From contig MU057887.1 of assembly GCA_013265495.1 (NCBI GenBank), positions 2,265,576-2,329,575 of the forward strand: a stretch of DNA of 64,000 nucleotides. The letters are read 5' to 3'. The position numbers and the translations under genes were made by a program. The notes below the pieces were generated by a model. It was not told the origin of the DNA. It saw nothing but the letters and a program-made list of their open reading frames with translations, and did no database searches. The stretch is from Vicugna vicugna (Eukaryota). Shown here piece by piece: positions 1-12,455 of this stretch; the stretch's first letter is position 1; every line of letters starts with the position of its first letter.

Positions 1-3000
1 GGACACGGGCATAGAGACCCCCTCCCCACGCTGTGGGAGGGTCAGGGACCCCCCAGGACAGAGGGGGAGCTCTGGTCCTCCCACCCCTTCATCCTCCCCC
101 CATGTGCGGACCTGCCCCCGCCCTCACCCTGGACCTGGTGGCCTGTCTGGCACGGAGCAGCGCCCCTAAGCGTTTGGGGGTGTCGAGCCGATTCGGCGCC
201 GATCCCAGAGGGGCCGCAGGACTGGGAGGAGGAACCAGGCTTCAGGCCACTAGTATCTGTGCTCCCAGCCCCGCTCGGCCACCTCCAAGCCCGGAGCAGC
301 GCGGCGGCCTCAGAACTCCCCGATCCCCCACTGTCTCCGGTGTGAAAATCGCCGTAATGCCAGCGCCGGGGAGCCGGCCGGCCGTCACAGCGACGGCTGC
401 AAAGCGCCTTGTGCGTATTAGGTGCGCCCTCAGCAGGACCAGGGCCGTTATAATGGTGGTCATCATGATCATTACTGTTTGTCTGACACTTCCTGGCTGA
501 TTTTTATTCCAAAAAAACGTCAACTGCTAGCTATTTATACATATATTTAAAAAAACCCTGAAACCACAGCACATGCAAACAGCCGCGTCCACCACCTTTG
601 ATACGAACGCGCACCAACCAGAGACAATAGCTGTATTTTCTTGCTTTTAAAAGGAATTGTGTGCTTTAATTAAGGGGAAAAAGGGAGAAAGTTTCCTCTC
701 AGCATATTAATTATCTCGCTTGTCATGTGAGGTATTTGTTCCGGATGACAGCCCGTAATTAGCGCACAGAACAGACCAAGTTCTCCCGGAGAAGCCTCGT
801 GTCTGGGGGGTCTGGGCTGGCGCGGTCCCGGCTCTTCCCCAGCTGTGGGGAGGGCGGGCGTGGCTGGGGTCTCCCTGGGTTCAGACGTGAGGAAGAAAAA
901 GCAATTCATCACTACCTCCCCGAGGGCGCCCACGATGCTGTGCCTCCTCCCGGGGGTAGGGGGACCGGGACCACGGCGCCACTCCCGGACTCACCAAGGA
1001 CGACACAGTGACCTTGGCCAGTTCCTTCAGAGCCCTGAGCATCTCCCATCACGCTGCAGAATGCCGACCGAGGCGGGGCCTCCAGGCAGGGCCACGGGTG
1101 GACCCCACGCCACGCTCACGCCCTTGCAGGGATCTGTCGGTGGAGACAGTCACAGGTGTTGATGAGACAGAGAGAACGCTCTGGTCCACGGAACACCCTC
1201 CATGTTCCTCCTGGACGCGCATTTCCCGTACAGACGAGGTGGAGCGTCTGACTTACAGCCCAGAGACACGAGCAGAAGTGGGGTCCAGTGCTCCCAGGCC
1301 TGCCCCTCCAGAGCCCTGGCACCCTCCCTGCACCAGTTCCTTCTCCATCTGCCAGCAGGCTGCAGGGGGTAAAGCAGGGGCCTCCTGGGAGAGCGTGGGG
1401 CCAGGAGAGAAAGGCGCTGAGTCCCTGGGTGACCGTGTGGAGCAGAGTGCTCCCCGCGCTCCAGCCAGAGGGCGCCCGGGACTGGCCTTCACGCTGACGC
1501 CTGGGACCTGAGCCCTGCCCACCCAGGATGGAGGGGACGGAGGAGTCAGAACCTGCCCTCCGGGAGAGGCTGCTTTTCCTCCTGGCCCCGGTGGGCCCGC
1601 CTTTCCACCCTGAGGCGGCCTTGAGGACAGGACACCCACCTTGCTGACATCCGTGTGGCCGGCGCAGCCTGGAGCAGGAACGTTCTGCAAGTGCGGGGCT
1701 GAGGCTGGCCACCTCTCCAGGTGGGAGGGAGGCTGGGTGGAGACCAGGGCGGGGCAAAGGGTCCTTCCTTCCAGCACAGGACCCACTTCGAGCACCTGAG
1801 TGGGGAGGTGGGCGCTCACCTAAGTGAGATGGTCCCCTCCGGTCCCCTGCGTTAGTTAGCGACTGTTGCTTGATGATAGTGCCACAGCTGCCAAGTTGCA
1901 GCACGTACAGGCACTTGCATTAGACAAATGGTAAATACATGATGGAGTTTAGACATTATTACAGGAACAGGCCGCCTCCATTTCATCGCAGCTCACCCGA
2001 GAAGGCGTCCATGCTTGAGAATATTTCTATTTCAAGGTTAATTAAAAGACAATCACGCCGCTTCGCCTGGAGAGATCTCCTCTGCGCACCCAGGCCACCG
2101 GGAGTGTCAGTTTTTATTATCTGCCGACCTTATTGCCAACACTCCTTTCCCGCAGGTCCGCCTGCCTCACACGCATTTGAGAAAAGCTGCTCAAGGCTTA
2201 TGAGGAATCTTAACAAGACGAGGTTCCAATAAACTGCATACCGTTCATCACGCAGGGAAACCGCTGCTTCAGAAAACAGATTTTCAGTATTAAAGTCATG
2301 AAGAAACTATGCAAAATGGACAAGAATACATAAAATAATCATCTCCCTCAAGGTAACATTAACACCAAGTCGGCTAAAAATTGCAGCAAAGAGAAGCTGC
2401 GAGCGTGGCCGGGCGGCACCACCCCGGCCGCCCGCGGCCTGCCAGAGCCGACGTGTCCTATTCTCCCGGTTAGAGCTTTCCTCCGAGTCACAGAATGCCG
2501 GCCCCACCGCTTTTGCCTGATGGGTTACTAAACGATTCAACCCAGACTGAAACACAGGGCCTGTGGAGCTAACCTTCCTGGTAGCAGTTCAGCGCGGGGC
2601 GGTCCCAGGAGGAAACTTCGAAGGTCCGCTGCTGGGGCCGCCTGGGGGGGCGGGCGCGGCCGGCAAAACGCTGAATGAGCATCTACTTAACCGCCTACGT
2701 GTCCTGAGGTCACTCAGGCCAGCCCGAGTCTCCGCGCCCGGAGCCTGGCCGTGTGGGCTTGGATGCCAGCACGCCACCAGGGCCTCCAGGAGGCTGTCCC
2801 CATCTTTTGGAAGCAATCTCTAGTCCCCCAGTAGGGACGCCAATACCCTCCTGCAAGAACGTGAGGGCGCCTCTGCCACTTCAGCCCCGTGAGGACACAG
2901 GGTTCTGTGCCCGGCTCCCCGCTGGACCCCACCCCGGCTCCTTTGCCCCAGGGCCGCCACCGCCGCTGCACCTCACTGCCCCTCCCCTGGCACCTGCCCC

Positions 3001-3127
3001 GGGCCACACCACTCCTAGAAGCTTTCAGTGCATTGTCTCATGTGTCCACCAGCTGCAGGGCACGGCCGAGGGGATGGACTGAGGTGCGTGTCATGAGGAA
3101 GAGGCAGCTCCTGGACATCTCTTGACC

Positions 3128-3420
3128 TGGAGGAGGAGGAGGAGATGCAGGAAGAGGAGGAGGAGGAGGACGTGGAGGGGAAGATGGAGTGGAGGAGGAG
3201 GGGCAGAAAAGGGGAGGAGGAGGGGAAGGAGGAGGAAGTAGGGGAGGAAGGGGAGCAGGAGGGGGAGGAAGAGGAGAATGAAGTAGAGGAGGAGGAGGAA
3301 GTGGAGGAGGAAGTGAAGGACAAGAAGGAAGGAGCATGGGGGGAGGAAGTGGAGGAGGAAGGGGAGTAGGAGGAGGAGGAGGGGGAGGAAGGACGGAGCT
3401 GGGAGCGGAGGAGAGGCGAG
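3128..3420 (+). repeat. GA-rich low-complexity purine tract ((GAG)n-like)
   Basis: Nearly pure A/G run of GAGGAG/GGAGGAA units. It produces the spurious poly-Glu, poly-Ser and poly-Pro ORFs in the track. Confidence 0.95.
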
Positions 3421-6304
3421 GGCTCAGAAGGACCGGAGCCTTTGATGGCAGGGGTGCTCAGGGGTTGGAGAGAGTAAAGGCTCCCTGGGGAGGGGGGTGC
3501 CAGCCTTGGGGAGCGAGTACTCGGGGGTCCTTGTGACGGGCGTGCAGGAGTCGGGAGGGGGACGCCTGGTGGGCGCCCGCACAGAGCAGAGCGCGGGGAG
3601 GAGCGCGGCCCCTCCTGAGGCTCACTGAGCCCGGGGCGCAGAAGCAGCCCTCTTACCACGCACGGCCTTTGAGCGCTGCCCCTGCTTTTAGCATCACAGT
3701 AAACGTGCTTTGGTCTGTCTTTTAAAATAAGCTCCCTGAAGGATCAGGCGGTGATTTTTCCCAGGCTGACTCTCACGCACCTGAACGCCATTGGCTCGGG
3801 CGGCCCAGAAGCCGAGCTGTGCTGCTCCCGCCGTGCCCGGCTCGTGCGCCGGGCCAGCCGCGGGGAAGGGTTGCTAGCGTTCACTGGTTCACCTGTCCTC
3901 TCGCCCGTCCGCTCCAGTGACCGCCGGACAGACCACGCAGTGTCTCTTTGGCCTGCGTCAGGGGCCACGAGGGACATGGGGACCCACAGACTTAGTTCCT
4001 GGCTTTAAAGACCCAAAGCTGAGAGCAGGAACCCCTCACGTGGGCTCTTTCACAGGCTCCCGCCACCAGCAAGTCCCAGTGGAGGCCAGACTCTGCCCTG
4101 GGTGGTGCCTGGGGGGCAGCTCCAGCCTGGAGGCAGTGTCTGGGTTGGTGGCAGTGAGACCCCACCCCCTCCTCCGAGGACAAGGGTTGCGGAGGGAAGC
4201 CAGCTTCCCCACCTCCAGGCAGCCTCTGAGGGCTGCTTCTCCTGAGCCGGGAGCAGGTGACAGCTTTGGGGTTTAACAGACTTGCTGTCCCCTGGGGAGG
4301 CGTGCAAGGCTCTGTGTTGAGGGGAAGTGTGGCCAGAGGCAGGCTGGCAGGGGAAGTTTCATCTCCAAACTGCTTCCCACCAGAAGGGGTGTCCTGCAGG
4401 GTAAGGGTGGAGCTGGCTGTGTCTTTGTCCCCGGAGACATTTGATCATTACATCAGCGACTGCTAGAATGGGCCATTTGGCCAGTCCCCTGCGAGGTGCA
4501 GCCCTGTGGTCCAGAGCCTCAGGCCCCTGAGGCTGGGCTGGAGGAGCAGGTGAATCCATCTCCAGGCTCCCATGAGGGACAGATGTCCAGCCCTTAGGTG
4601 ATGACCAACAACAGAACTGCCCCAGAACAGCCACCTGGACACCAGCAGGTGCTCTGTGCTGGCCTGGTGCTCTGTGTCTGTGGCCCCAGGAACACCCTCC
4701 GGGATGGAACTTGGGACGCTGGTTTGGCTAAGAGGCTGTCGAGGGTGCAGGGAACCAGCTAATGTTAGTGTGCCACCCCAAGGTTGTGGTGATGTGCTTT
4801 CAGACCTTGAGTCCCGTGATCTGTACCCCTGGCTCCCCCTCACCCAGGATCCACCCTGCTTCCCAGCTTCCCAGACAGGCCCCTGGAGACAGGCATGGTC
4901 CCCCTGTGGTTCATGAAGCACTCAGGGCTCTTTCCTTTGGAGCCTGCATCAGTCAGGAAGGGCATGGCTGTGCTGAGTAACACGTGAGACCCAGTTTCCA
5001 GATTCCTCACTCAGTTGAGCCTGTGGCCCTGCCCACAGGCAGCTCCCTTCCAGTGGTGACTCGGGGATCCAGGAGTCTTGTTGGGGATTCTCCGCCTGCA
5101 GGGTCACTGCTTCTCACCCAAGTGGCACCAATCTCTTCACAAGTCACATGTGGTCCCTCAGGTCTGACCCACCACAGGGCATCTGGGAAGGCTTCTGTGA
5201 GGGCCAGGAGGGGCAGCAGAGCTGGACACAATGCCCGGGTGCTGTGAACGTCACTGCCCAGCTCTCCCGGGGACAGGGTGGGCTGGATGGCTGGGCAGAG
5301 CTGGGTTCCTATCCTGCTCCACCACCTCCAGGAGTGTGTCCCTGGGTGGGTCCCCCCGTGCCCAGCTGGGACTTTCCTGAATGGAGCAGAAGCTGGGGTC
5401 CGAGTCCTGCATCTTGGAGGAGGCTGGGTCAGCCGGGGCACCTGCTCGCAAAAGCTGCCTTTTCCTGCAGGTGGGTGTGGTCAGGGAGCAGGACAAGACA
5501 GGACTTGACTACACGCGCTCCCGGCCCCACCTCCCACCTGGCCCAGGTCCACGGTGAGCAAGGAGCTGAGAGGGCCCCGTCCCGCCTCCTCAAAGCTCGG
5601 GTGGCCCAGTGCAAGTGAGTGGGATGGAAACCGTGGGCTGTGTCTGCGCAGGGCTCGGTGTGGGTGCAGGTGGATGTCAGGAGGGGCCTCATGGCCCGGG
5701 GCCCTCGGGTGCACGGAGGCTCCGTCTGAGAGGGCGCTAGGCCCGGCCAGGCGCTGCTGCCCGGCGGCTGTGTGGGGAGGGGCATCTGAGGGGCCCTGGG
5801 GACACACGTCTGGGTGTGGGGCACCGAGGCAGGCTGGGGGTGTCCTGCAGCCGTGCGGGCGAGGCACTCATGGTAGCAGATGATCGCCTGCAATCTGGCA
5901 AGACCTCACTGTACCCGGAACCTCTGGGAGCTCGGCTGCCTAGGAGGTTGGTGAGACCTTCCCCGAGGGGCCGCTGGAGGGTGTGGAGAATGCGCCTCAC
6001 CCACAGGTGGCGTCTGTCACACCGGCTCCCTCTGCCTGGTGTGGGAGCAGCAGGGGTGAAGAGCCCGGGGAGGCCAGCGGGGGGCCACGTCCCACTGAGG
6101 TCCTACCAGGCTGCTCCCGGGGATGCGCTCCCGCCCGCCGCTCTTGCTGGAGCAGAGGTGGGAGGCTGCTTCCGCCCACGTGTCCCGGGGCGCCCCGGCA
6201 CACTCCAGAGCCACGACGGGTCATGTGTCTCCCGCCCCACAGCCCCCCGTCCCCTCCAGCCCCCTCGCGTTCCCCCCACTGCCCTTCCAGCCTCACGTCC
6301 CCGG

Positions 6305-6466
6305 ATCCCATGGCCCCCCGACGTCCTGCGTCCCCGCCCTTGGAGACGTTCAAGGTCAGCGCTGGTCCTGTGTGGCCACTGCCCAATCCCATGGCCCCCC
6401 GACGTCCTGCGTCCCCGCCCTTGGAGACGTTCAAGGTCAGCGCTGGTCCTGTGTGGCCACTGCCCA
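6305..6466. repeat. Perfect 81-bp tandem duplication (2 copies)
   Basis: 6305-6385 and 6386-6466 are identical (ATCCCATGGCCCCCCGACG...GGCCACTGCCCA). Appears as a 27-aa repeat in overlapping ORFs. Confidence 0.97.
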
Positions 6467-8521
6467 GACCAGAGTGGAGGGCCATGACTGCTGGGGAAGG
6501 GACGCCCTTCTCACCTGCCCCCGGGCTGCTTTCCACCTGCCCTTCAAGGCCCATGGGGGGTCTCCTATCTGGGGGCTGTGTTGGCGGGGTGCCCTCCCGC
6601 CTTGCTCTTGCTCCATCCTCAGTCGGGAGTTCTCGTGGCCCCGAAGTGTAACGATTCATTCAGCTCCTTCATTTATTTCCCTGGACTGCGATGTGTGCTC
6701 TGTGCCGACCCTCAGGGACCAGCACTGGGTGGACTCGCAGTGACAGCTGGACAGGCACACCCTGCGGTCCCTTTATCCACTGAAAGGGTCGCCTTCCCAT
6801 CTCAGGTGTGCGTGGTTCGTGTGCCCGCAGAGCTGTGTCCGCGTACAGCTCGAGGCACTGACAGCCTCTGCGTGACCGTGAGGACCGCATGGGAAAGTGT
6901 GCGGCGCACGCCGAGCCCCGCCACCATCGTCACCCTCCGCGCGCGGACACCGCCCGCGCACACTCGCTGCCTGTCTGGGGCCTCTTCTAGGTGGTTCCAC
7001 CAGAGGACACAGAGGAAGCCTGTCTCTTGTTCCCACTTGGTACAAGAGCTAGGAAATACTTCTCTCAAAGCTGTCAGTTTGATACCAGACATCTGTATGA
7101 GAGCAAAAACTCATAACTGAGTTGGTCACAGACACGCGTGGATTTATAGACATCGCCCTCCCCCCTTTTATAAAGCTGTTTGGAAAGTGAGTTTGCACAG
7201 CGAGAATCGGGTGGGTTCCAGTGCCCACAGCTCATTGGCTTTCACAAGGAAACGTGCACAGAAGGGTGGAGAGAGCTGGGCATGTCCGGAGGGCTGGGCG
7301 CGTGTGGTGCGTGCATGTGTGTGGAGGTGTGGGCCTGTGTGGGCGCGTCGGGTGGAGGCAGTGGGAACGTGGGCTGATTCCAGGAGCCCTGCGTACAGGA
7401 GCCTGTCCTGAGCCCCCACAGGTCGCTGCCCTGGCGAGAAGGTGGGCACAGCTCAGCAGGTCCCCAGTGAGTCCTCCTGACCCTCCTGCGCCGTCCGCAG
7501 CACCCCCAGCAGGGAGCAGCCAGACACTGGAGCTCACGGCTCTCGGGACACGGAGGTGAGTCCGGGCATCCACTCCGAGCACAGCAGTAAGCCTGCCTCA
7601 CACGCGGCCTGAGTCCTCGAACGCCTGCCTCGCAGGGGACGGGCGGCTCTTTGGTGCTAATCACATCAGGATCAATGGAGTTAATCTGCAGGAGCGCAGC
7701 GAGATGCGGGGACGCTCACATCAATCCCAGACTTGTCCCCTGTGCAGCGCGTGCCCAGGGGCACAACTGGTGGGGCCGGTGCCAGTGGCCTCAGTGTGTT
7801 AAGCTAATTAAAGCATCGAAGCTGTTAAAGAGATTGGCTTGTCCCCACCTCCCTGCGGGTCACGCAGAGCTTGCAGAAGCCAAACAGTTCAAAGGTGGAC
7901 CTCCCCACCCTCCTGTGTGTCCAGAGGCCATAGCACATCTGAGGTGCTGGCACCTCCCCAGGGAGCCCCGCCCTGCTCTCACCCATCGTCCTAGCGTCTG
8001 CCCGCTCCGCCCCCCCAGGCGTCAGCTGCACGGAAACTCACCTGCGGGCACCACCTTGGCTAACTGTCCCTTTGCAAACCCCGCCCTTTCCATCTCGAGC
8101 ATCGTCCCCTCCCCTCCACCTGGGACCCATCGCAAGTAACTGAATGTAAACAGACCCTCCTCCAGCCCCTCCCCCTCCACACTTTCCTGGACCTCCCGAC
8201 ACCTTCTCTTCCCAGCGGCCCGGCAACATGTCACTCACTCAATGTGAGTCCTGATCACCTGGATTTAGAATGGTGTGTGCGTGTGTGTGCGTGTGAGAGA
8301 CCGCGTAGGCTATGCCCCTCCCCCCGAGGGCAGGGTCACGGCTGACTCGTCCTGGTCCCCCGGGCTCCTGCACCTTCCTGTGCTCAGTCAGAGTTCCCTG
8401 CAGTGAATCATCCTGGGGGTGGGGGGCTGACTCCAGGACGTGCCATGCTTCTAGTGGAAGGGACCGGAGTTGTCATGGTCACACACTCAAGCAAAGCTTT
8501 CCCTTTTAGGTCATAATCTGA

Positions 8522-8910
8522 TGTTAGGGGCTTGGTTGTGCCCCACAAAATTTCATGTGCTGATGCCCTACCCTCAGGACCTCAGACTGAGACTGTATTT
8601 GGAGACAGGGCCCTCACAGAGGCGGCTGAGGTAAGTGAGGGCCTCTGGGCGGGTCCTAATGCAGTATGCCAGCGGTCCTCGTAGGAAGAGGAGGCCGGGA
8701 CACAGACACACACAGAGGGGAGGCCCTCTGAGGGCATGGGGAGAAGACGGCCGCCTACATGCCAAGGAGAAGGACTGACCTCAGGAGGAACCAGGCTCAC
8801 AAACACCTTGATCTTGGACTCGCAGCCTCCAGACTGTGCGACAGCGAGTGTCCGCCGTTTGAGCCGCCCAGGCTGTGGTCTTCGTGTGGCAGCCCCGGGA
8901 CACTGATGCA
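8522..8910 (+). mobile_element. MaLR solo LTR, MLT1A-like
   Basis: TGTT...TGCA ends. Typical MLT1 blocks GTATTTGGAGACAGGGCC and ACACCTTGATCTTGGACT...AGCCTCCAGA...CTGTG. Confidence 0.85.
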
Positions 8911-9730
8911 GCGAGGCAGCGAAGTGTCAGCAGGACAGCCACGCTGTGTCCCCATCCGTCTTCCCCGGCGAGGAAGGAGGAGTCCTGTCTGGTTTGAGGA
9001 CTCAGGTCTGCCGCTGCACTTCGCGCTGCCAGGGGCTCAGCGCGGGGGTGATGAGGCCAGGTGCCGTGAAGCGGGCTTCGGCGTCAGGCCTGTGGTTCTT
9101 CTGAGGGTGTTCTCATGATGCACGTCCAGAAACTTAACGGGAGGAGGAGTGACCAGGGCAAGGCCGGCTCTGGGCGGTAAGGGCGCCCTGGCCGCAACAT
9201 CGCCCTGATTTAGCTGCTACCTGGGAGACCGTTAGGTCAGGCCACCCGGGAACCACCATGTGCTTTTGAGCCCATCTGCTGGGGCCAGGCTGCAGGCGAC
9301 GCCCGGGGGAAACCCCGCTCTGCCCCAGATAATCTAATGAAGGCAGCAGGGCTAATTAATCCCAGGTCCTCTGCTGCTGTTTAATCTCAGTGAATGTTAG
9401 ACAAGAATTTCATTATGAGTTTGCTTCGTCAACGTGATAGGCAAGAAATGAAATCAGGCCAGAAAATCAATTATTTCTTCAGAAATTGTTTTAGAAGACA
9501 AAACCTCATCAGGAGACAAAGGCACTTATGATTAAGGCTTCATTTGCCCCGGGCTGGTTCCGGAGCTGGCACCACGGCCTGCTGGGCCGGCTGGGACCCC
9601 CCGGCCGGGGCTCCCGGTGCCGGGCGCCACGTGCAGATCAAGCCTGTTCGCCCAGCACCCGTCTCCATCCCTGCCTCTTTCTCCCCTCCTCTCCTCTGAG
9701 GGACCGTGAAAGCCGGCACTCGTCGGGCTG

Positions 9731-9762
9731 GACCTGGGGACCTGGGGACCTGGGGACCTGGG
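9731..9762 (+). repeat. (GACCTGGG)4 short tandem repeat
   Basis: Four exact 8-bp units read directly from the sequence. Confidence 0.95.
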
Positions 9763-12455
9763 AATGCCCACGGCTTGGAGGGACCCTCCTCTGGTCTGCG
9801 TTTCCCTGTTCTTCGACGTCACTCGATCTCAGGGCTTTACACACGGACCCAAAGCACAGCCGTGCAAGTGCGTGTTTCAAGGCGCTGCGGAGCGGAGGGA
9901 AAAGTGCAGAGTCGCAGCAACTAAATGCCGGCTCAGGAGTCAGGAGGCCGGGCGTGGGCTCAGCTCTGCCGCTTCCGACCTCCCGAGTCACAGCCTCTGC
10001 TTCCCTGTCGGCCAGACGTGGGGCTGGGGCGGTGGCTTTCAGTCGGTGCGACACTCCGTCGGGACCGTGGTGCCACCGTCTGCGGGGCGTTTCTGCGCAC
10101 AGCGGTCCGGTGGGGGGCCCATGCCGTCCAGCAGCGCGTGTGCTCAGAGGAGGCAGGAGCAGAGAGACGGGGGGACCAGCAGCAGCAGCACCCAGCCTCA
10201 CAGGGGGAGAGCGGCAGGAGGAACAGGAAGACGGCGGCCCACTCTGGTTTCTCACTGGGCTTCTGAGATTGAAACATGTCTGTTTCCAGTGCCACCTGCC
10301 CTGATAACACGCGTCCCTTCAGAGGAAGCGGGTGGAAGCGGGGCTGGGGGCGTCTCTGAGCCCCGTCTTCAGAATCACTGGCAACACGGATTCTTCTCCT
10401 GAGCACAAGGTGTCTGCGGCTCCTCCGGTGCACTTCCTCGGAAGTAGGTTGTGGGCGGTGAGTTCGGCTGCAAGTAGAGCGGATCCGAGTAGAGAGCACA
10501 GTGAAGCCGCAGCTCTGGGGACGAGAGAGACGCCGTCACAGACCAGCTGACGGCGTGTCATCTGCGCAGCCAAGAGAGCCAGCTGCCCGGGGGTAATTCA
10601 ACTCAACTGCCCTGCATCCTGGGCAGCGACCGTGAGGAGGAGGTAACATTTTGGGCTCAGAAAGAAGAGATCGGACAAGGGGACTAAGGGGGAAGCCAGT
10701 ATTGAGTCCAAATGCTAGACTCAGGAAACTAACGGTTTCCGGAGAGAACTGGTGTGAAGGTCAACGTGGCTCCCACCGGGCTGAGTGGCCCTTGCTTGCT
10801 CTCTCGTCAGCTTGTGTGTTCTTACGTTTCCAAGTACGAGGAAGCCACACCGGGGCAACACATGGTATCTGGGGAGTATCAAGAGGCGATGGCGTTTCTC
10901 AGTTGTTTTCAGATAATTTAAGAGCTGAGCTGCTTGCACGGGGACTGCTCTGTTTCCGTCTTGCAGCCGGTCTCCTTCTAGGACGCAGAGCTCACAGGTC
11001 TGCCGACTTCCACGGAGTGCAGGGCAGCGGCCACCAAAGTCTGGGAAGATGGCGGGGAAACGTGTCCAAGGCACTGGAGACCCTCCCTGAATGACTGCAG
11101 GAGCAGGCTGACGGCTGGGGAGAGGCAGAAGGTGGCGAGACAGCTGAGTGCACACGGCTGGGGACATGCGTGAGGGGAGACAACTGCCCAGCAACGCCAA
11201 GAGCGGGCAGGTCAGTTGAAAATCAGGAAAAGAGAAGCCCATGGTTTAGAAAGCTGATGCCTGGGCTCAAAGCACCACGAGGTCTCTGGGGCTCATCAGG
11301 GCTGAGGCCACAGGTCTTGCTAATGGAAAGGCATTGGTATCACCCTCAAAATATTCCAAACCAGCGGAGAACCAAATCTGGTTACGGCTCCAGCCAGCCC
11401 AGACCCAGCTCAGCGGATGAGCAGACTCACCCACCCCACATCAACTGCAGGCTCTTCTCTGGCAGGAGGAGAGAGGCTGTCTTTGGGGGAGAAATATTTA
11501 CTTTGACTTATTTCACTAAAAGATTAGTTTTTTTTTTAAACAATGTCTAGGATAAAGTTTTTTAAAAAATCACGTGATACATGAAGAAGAAGAAAGAAAG
11601 TGAGGCTGAAGGTCTTGAGAAGAAAGAGCCAACAGAAGCATCCGGAGGTGGTCTGGATGCAGAGCCATTAAGCAGGGACCTTGCGACGCCCGCGACAGCC
11701 ACACTGACGGACCGCAAGGAGCGGCGACGACAAGCTGGAGGGCTCAGCTCTGTGACGGAAGCTACATAAACGTCCCAGTGCAAATGCAAGAGGTGGAAGT
11801 GGGGCACCGAAGTGGTGACTGGCTGCACGGGCTTCCCCCCAGGCTGGGTGCGGCTGGGCCCCCTGGGTCCGGCCCCAGATCGTGGGGCAGGTCCTGCCCT
11901 CGTCGCTTGTTGCTGGTTCTCCCTGAGCTCCTGGGATGCCCGGGGCGTGTTCCACACGCGGCAAGCGGATGCAGGACGAGGGAAAACACTTGCTGTCTCA
12001 GGAGGTGGTGTGGCGACGCTCGTCCACCCTCGGGTCCACGTGGCCCGACCGAGCCTCTTAGCCCGGGGAAATGTGCTTCTCCGCTCGGTGGGAGGAAGTG
12101 CAGAGTCCTGGGGCAAATGGCGTGAAGTGTAATCCTGTCACAGCGAGGGATCAAAGCATTAGCGAAGACTTAGGAATAACAGCCCATACTCTGCCCCAGA
12201 GGAGGCAGGCTGGTACGTGAAACTTGAGTGTCGTGAGACCCTGCATACCCAGGACGCAGTAAGACTGTTAACTTAAGGTGGGCTGCCATGTGTAAAAGGT
12301 GCTTATTATAATCTCTATCTAATCATTAAAATAGCAAGAAAAGGATGTACAACAAGCTCATGGCAAAGAAAATGGAACAGTAAACACACTGGATCAATAC
12401 AAGTAATTCAAGAAGTAAAGGAAAAAATGAGAAGGAAAGAAAACAAATGGGAGGA

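Noticed and set aside
3015..3659. Poly-Glu, poly-Ser and poly-Pro ORFs
   Set aside because: Translation artefacts of the GA-rich simple repeat.
5816..6743. Overlapping 200+ aa ORFs on both strands with a 27-aa repeat
   Set aside because: Stop-poor GC-rich DNA plus the 81-bp duplication. Pro/Arg/Gly-rich with no domain similarity.
9528..10499. Long overlapping ORFs (up to 258 aa)
   Set aside because: Open in several frames at once, as expected at high GC. No recognisable protein.
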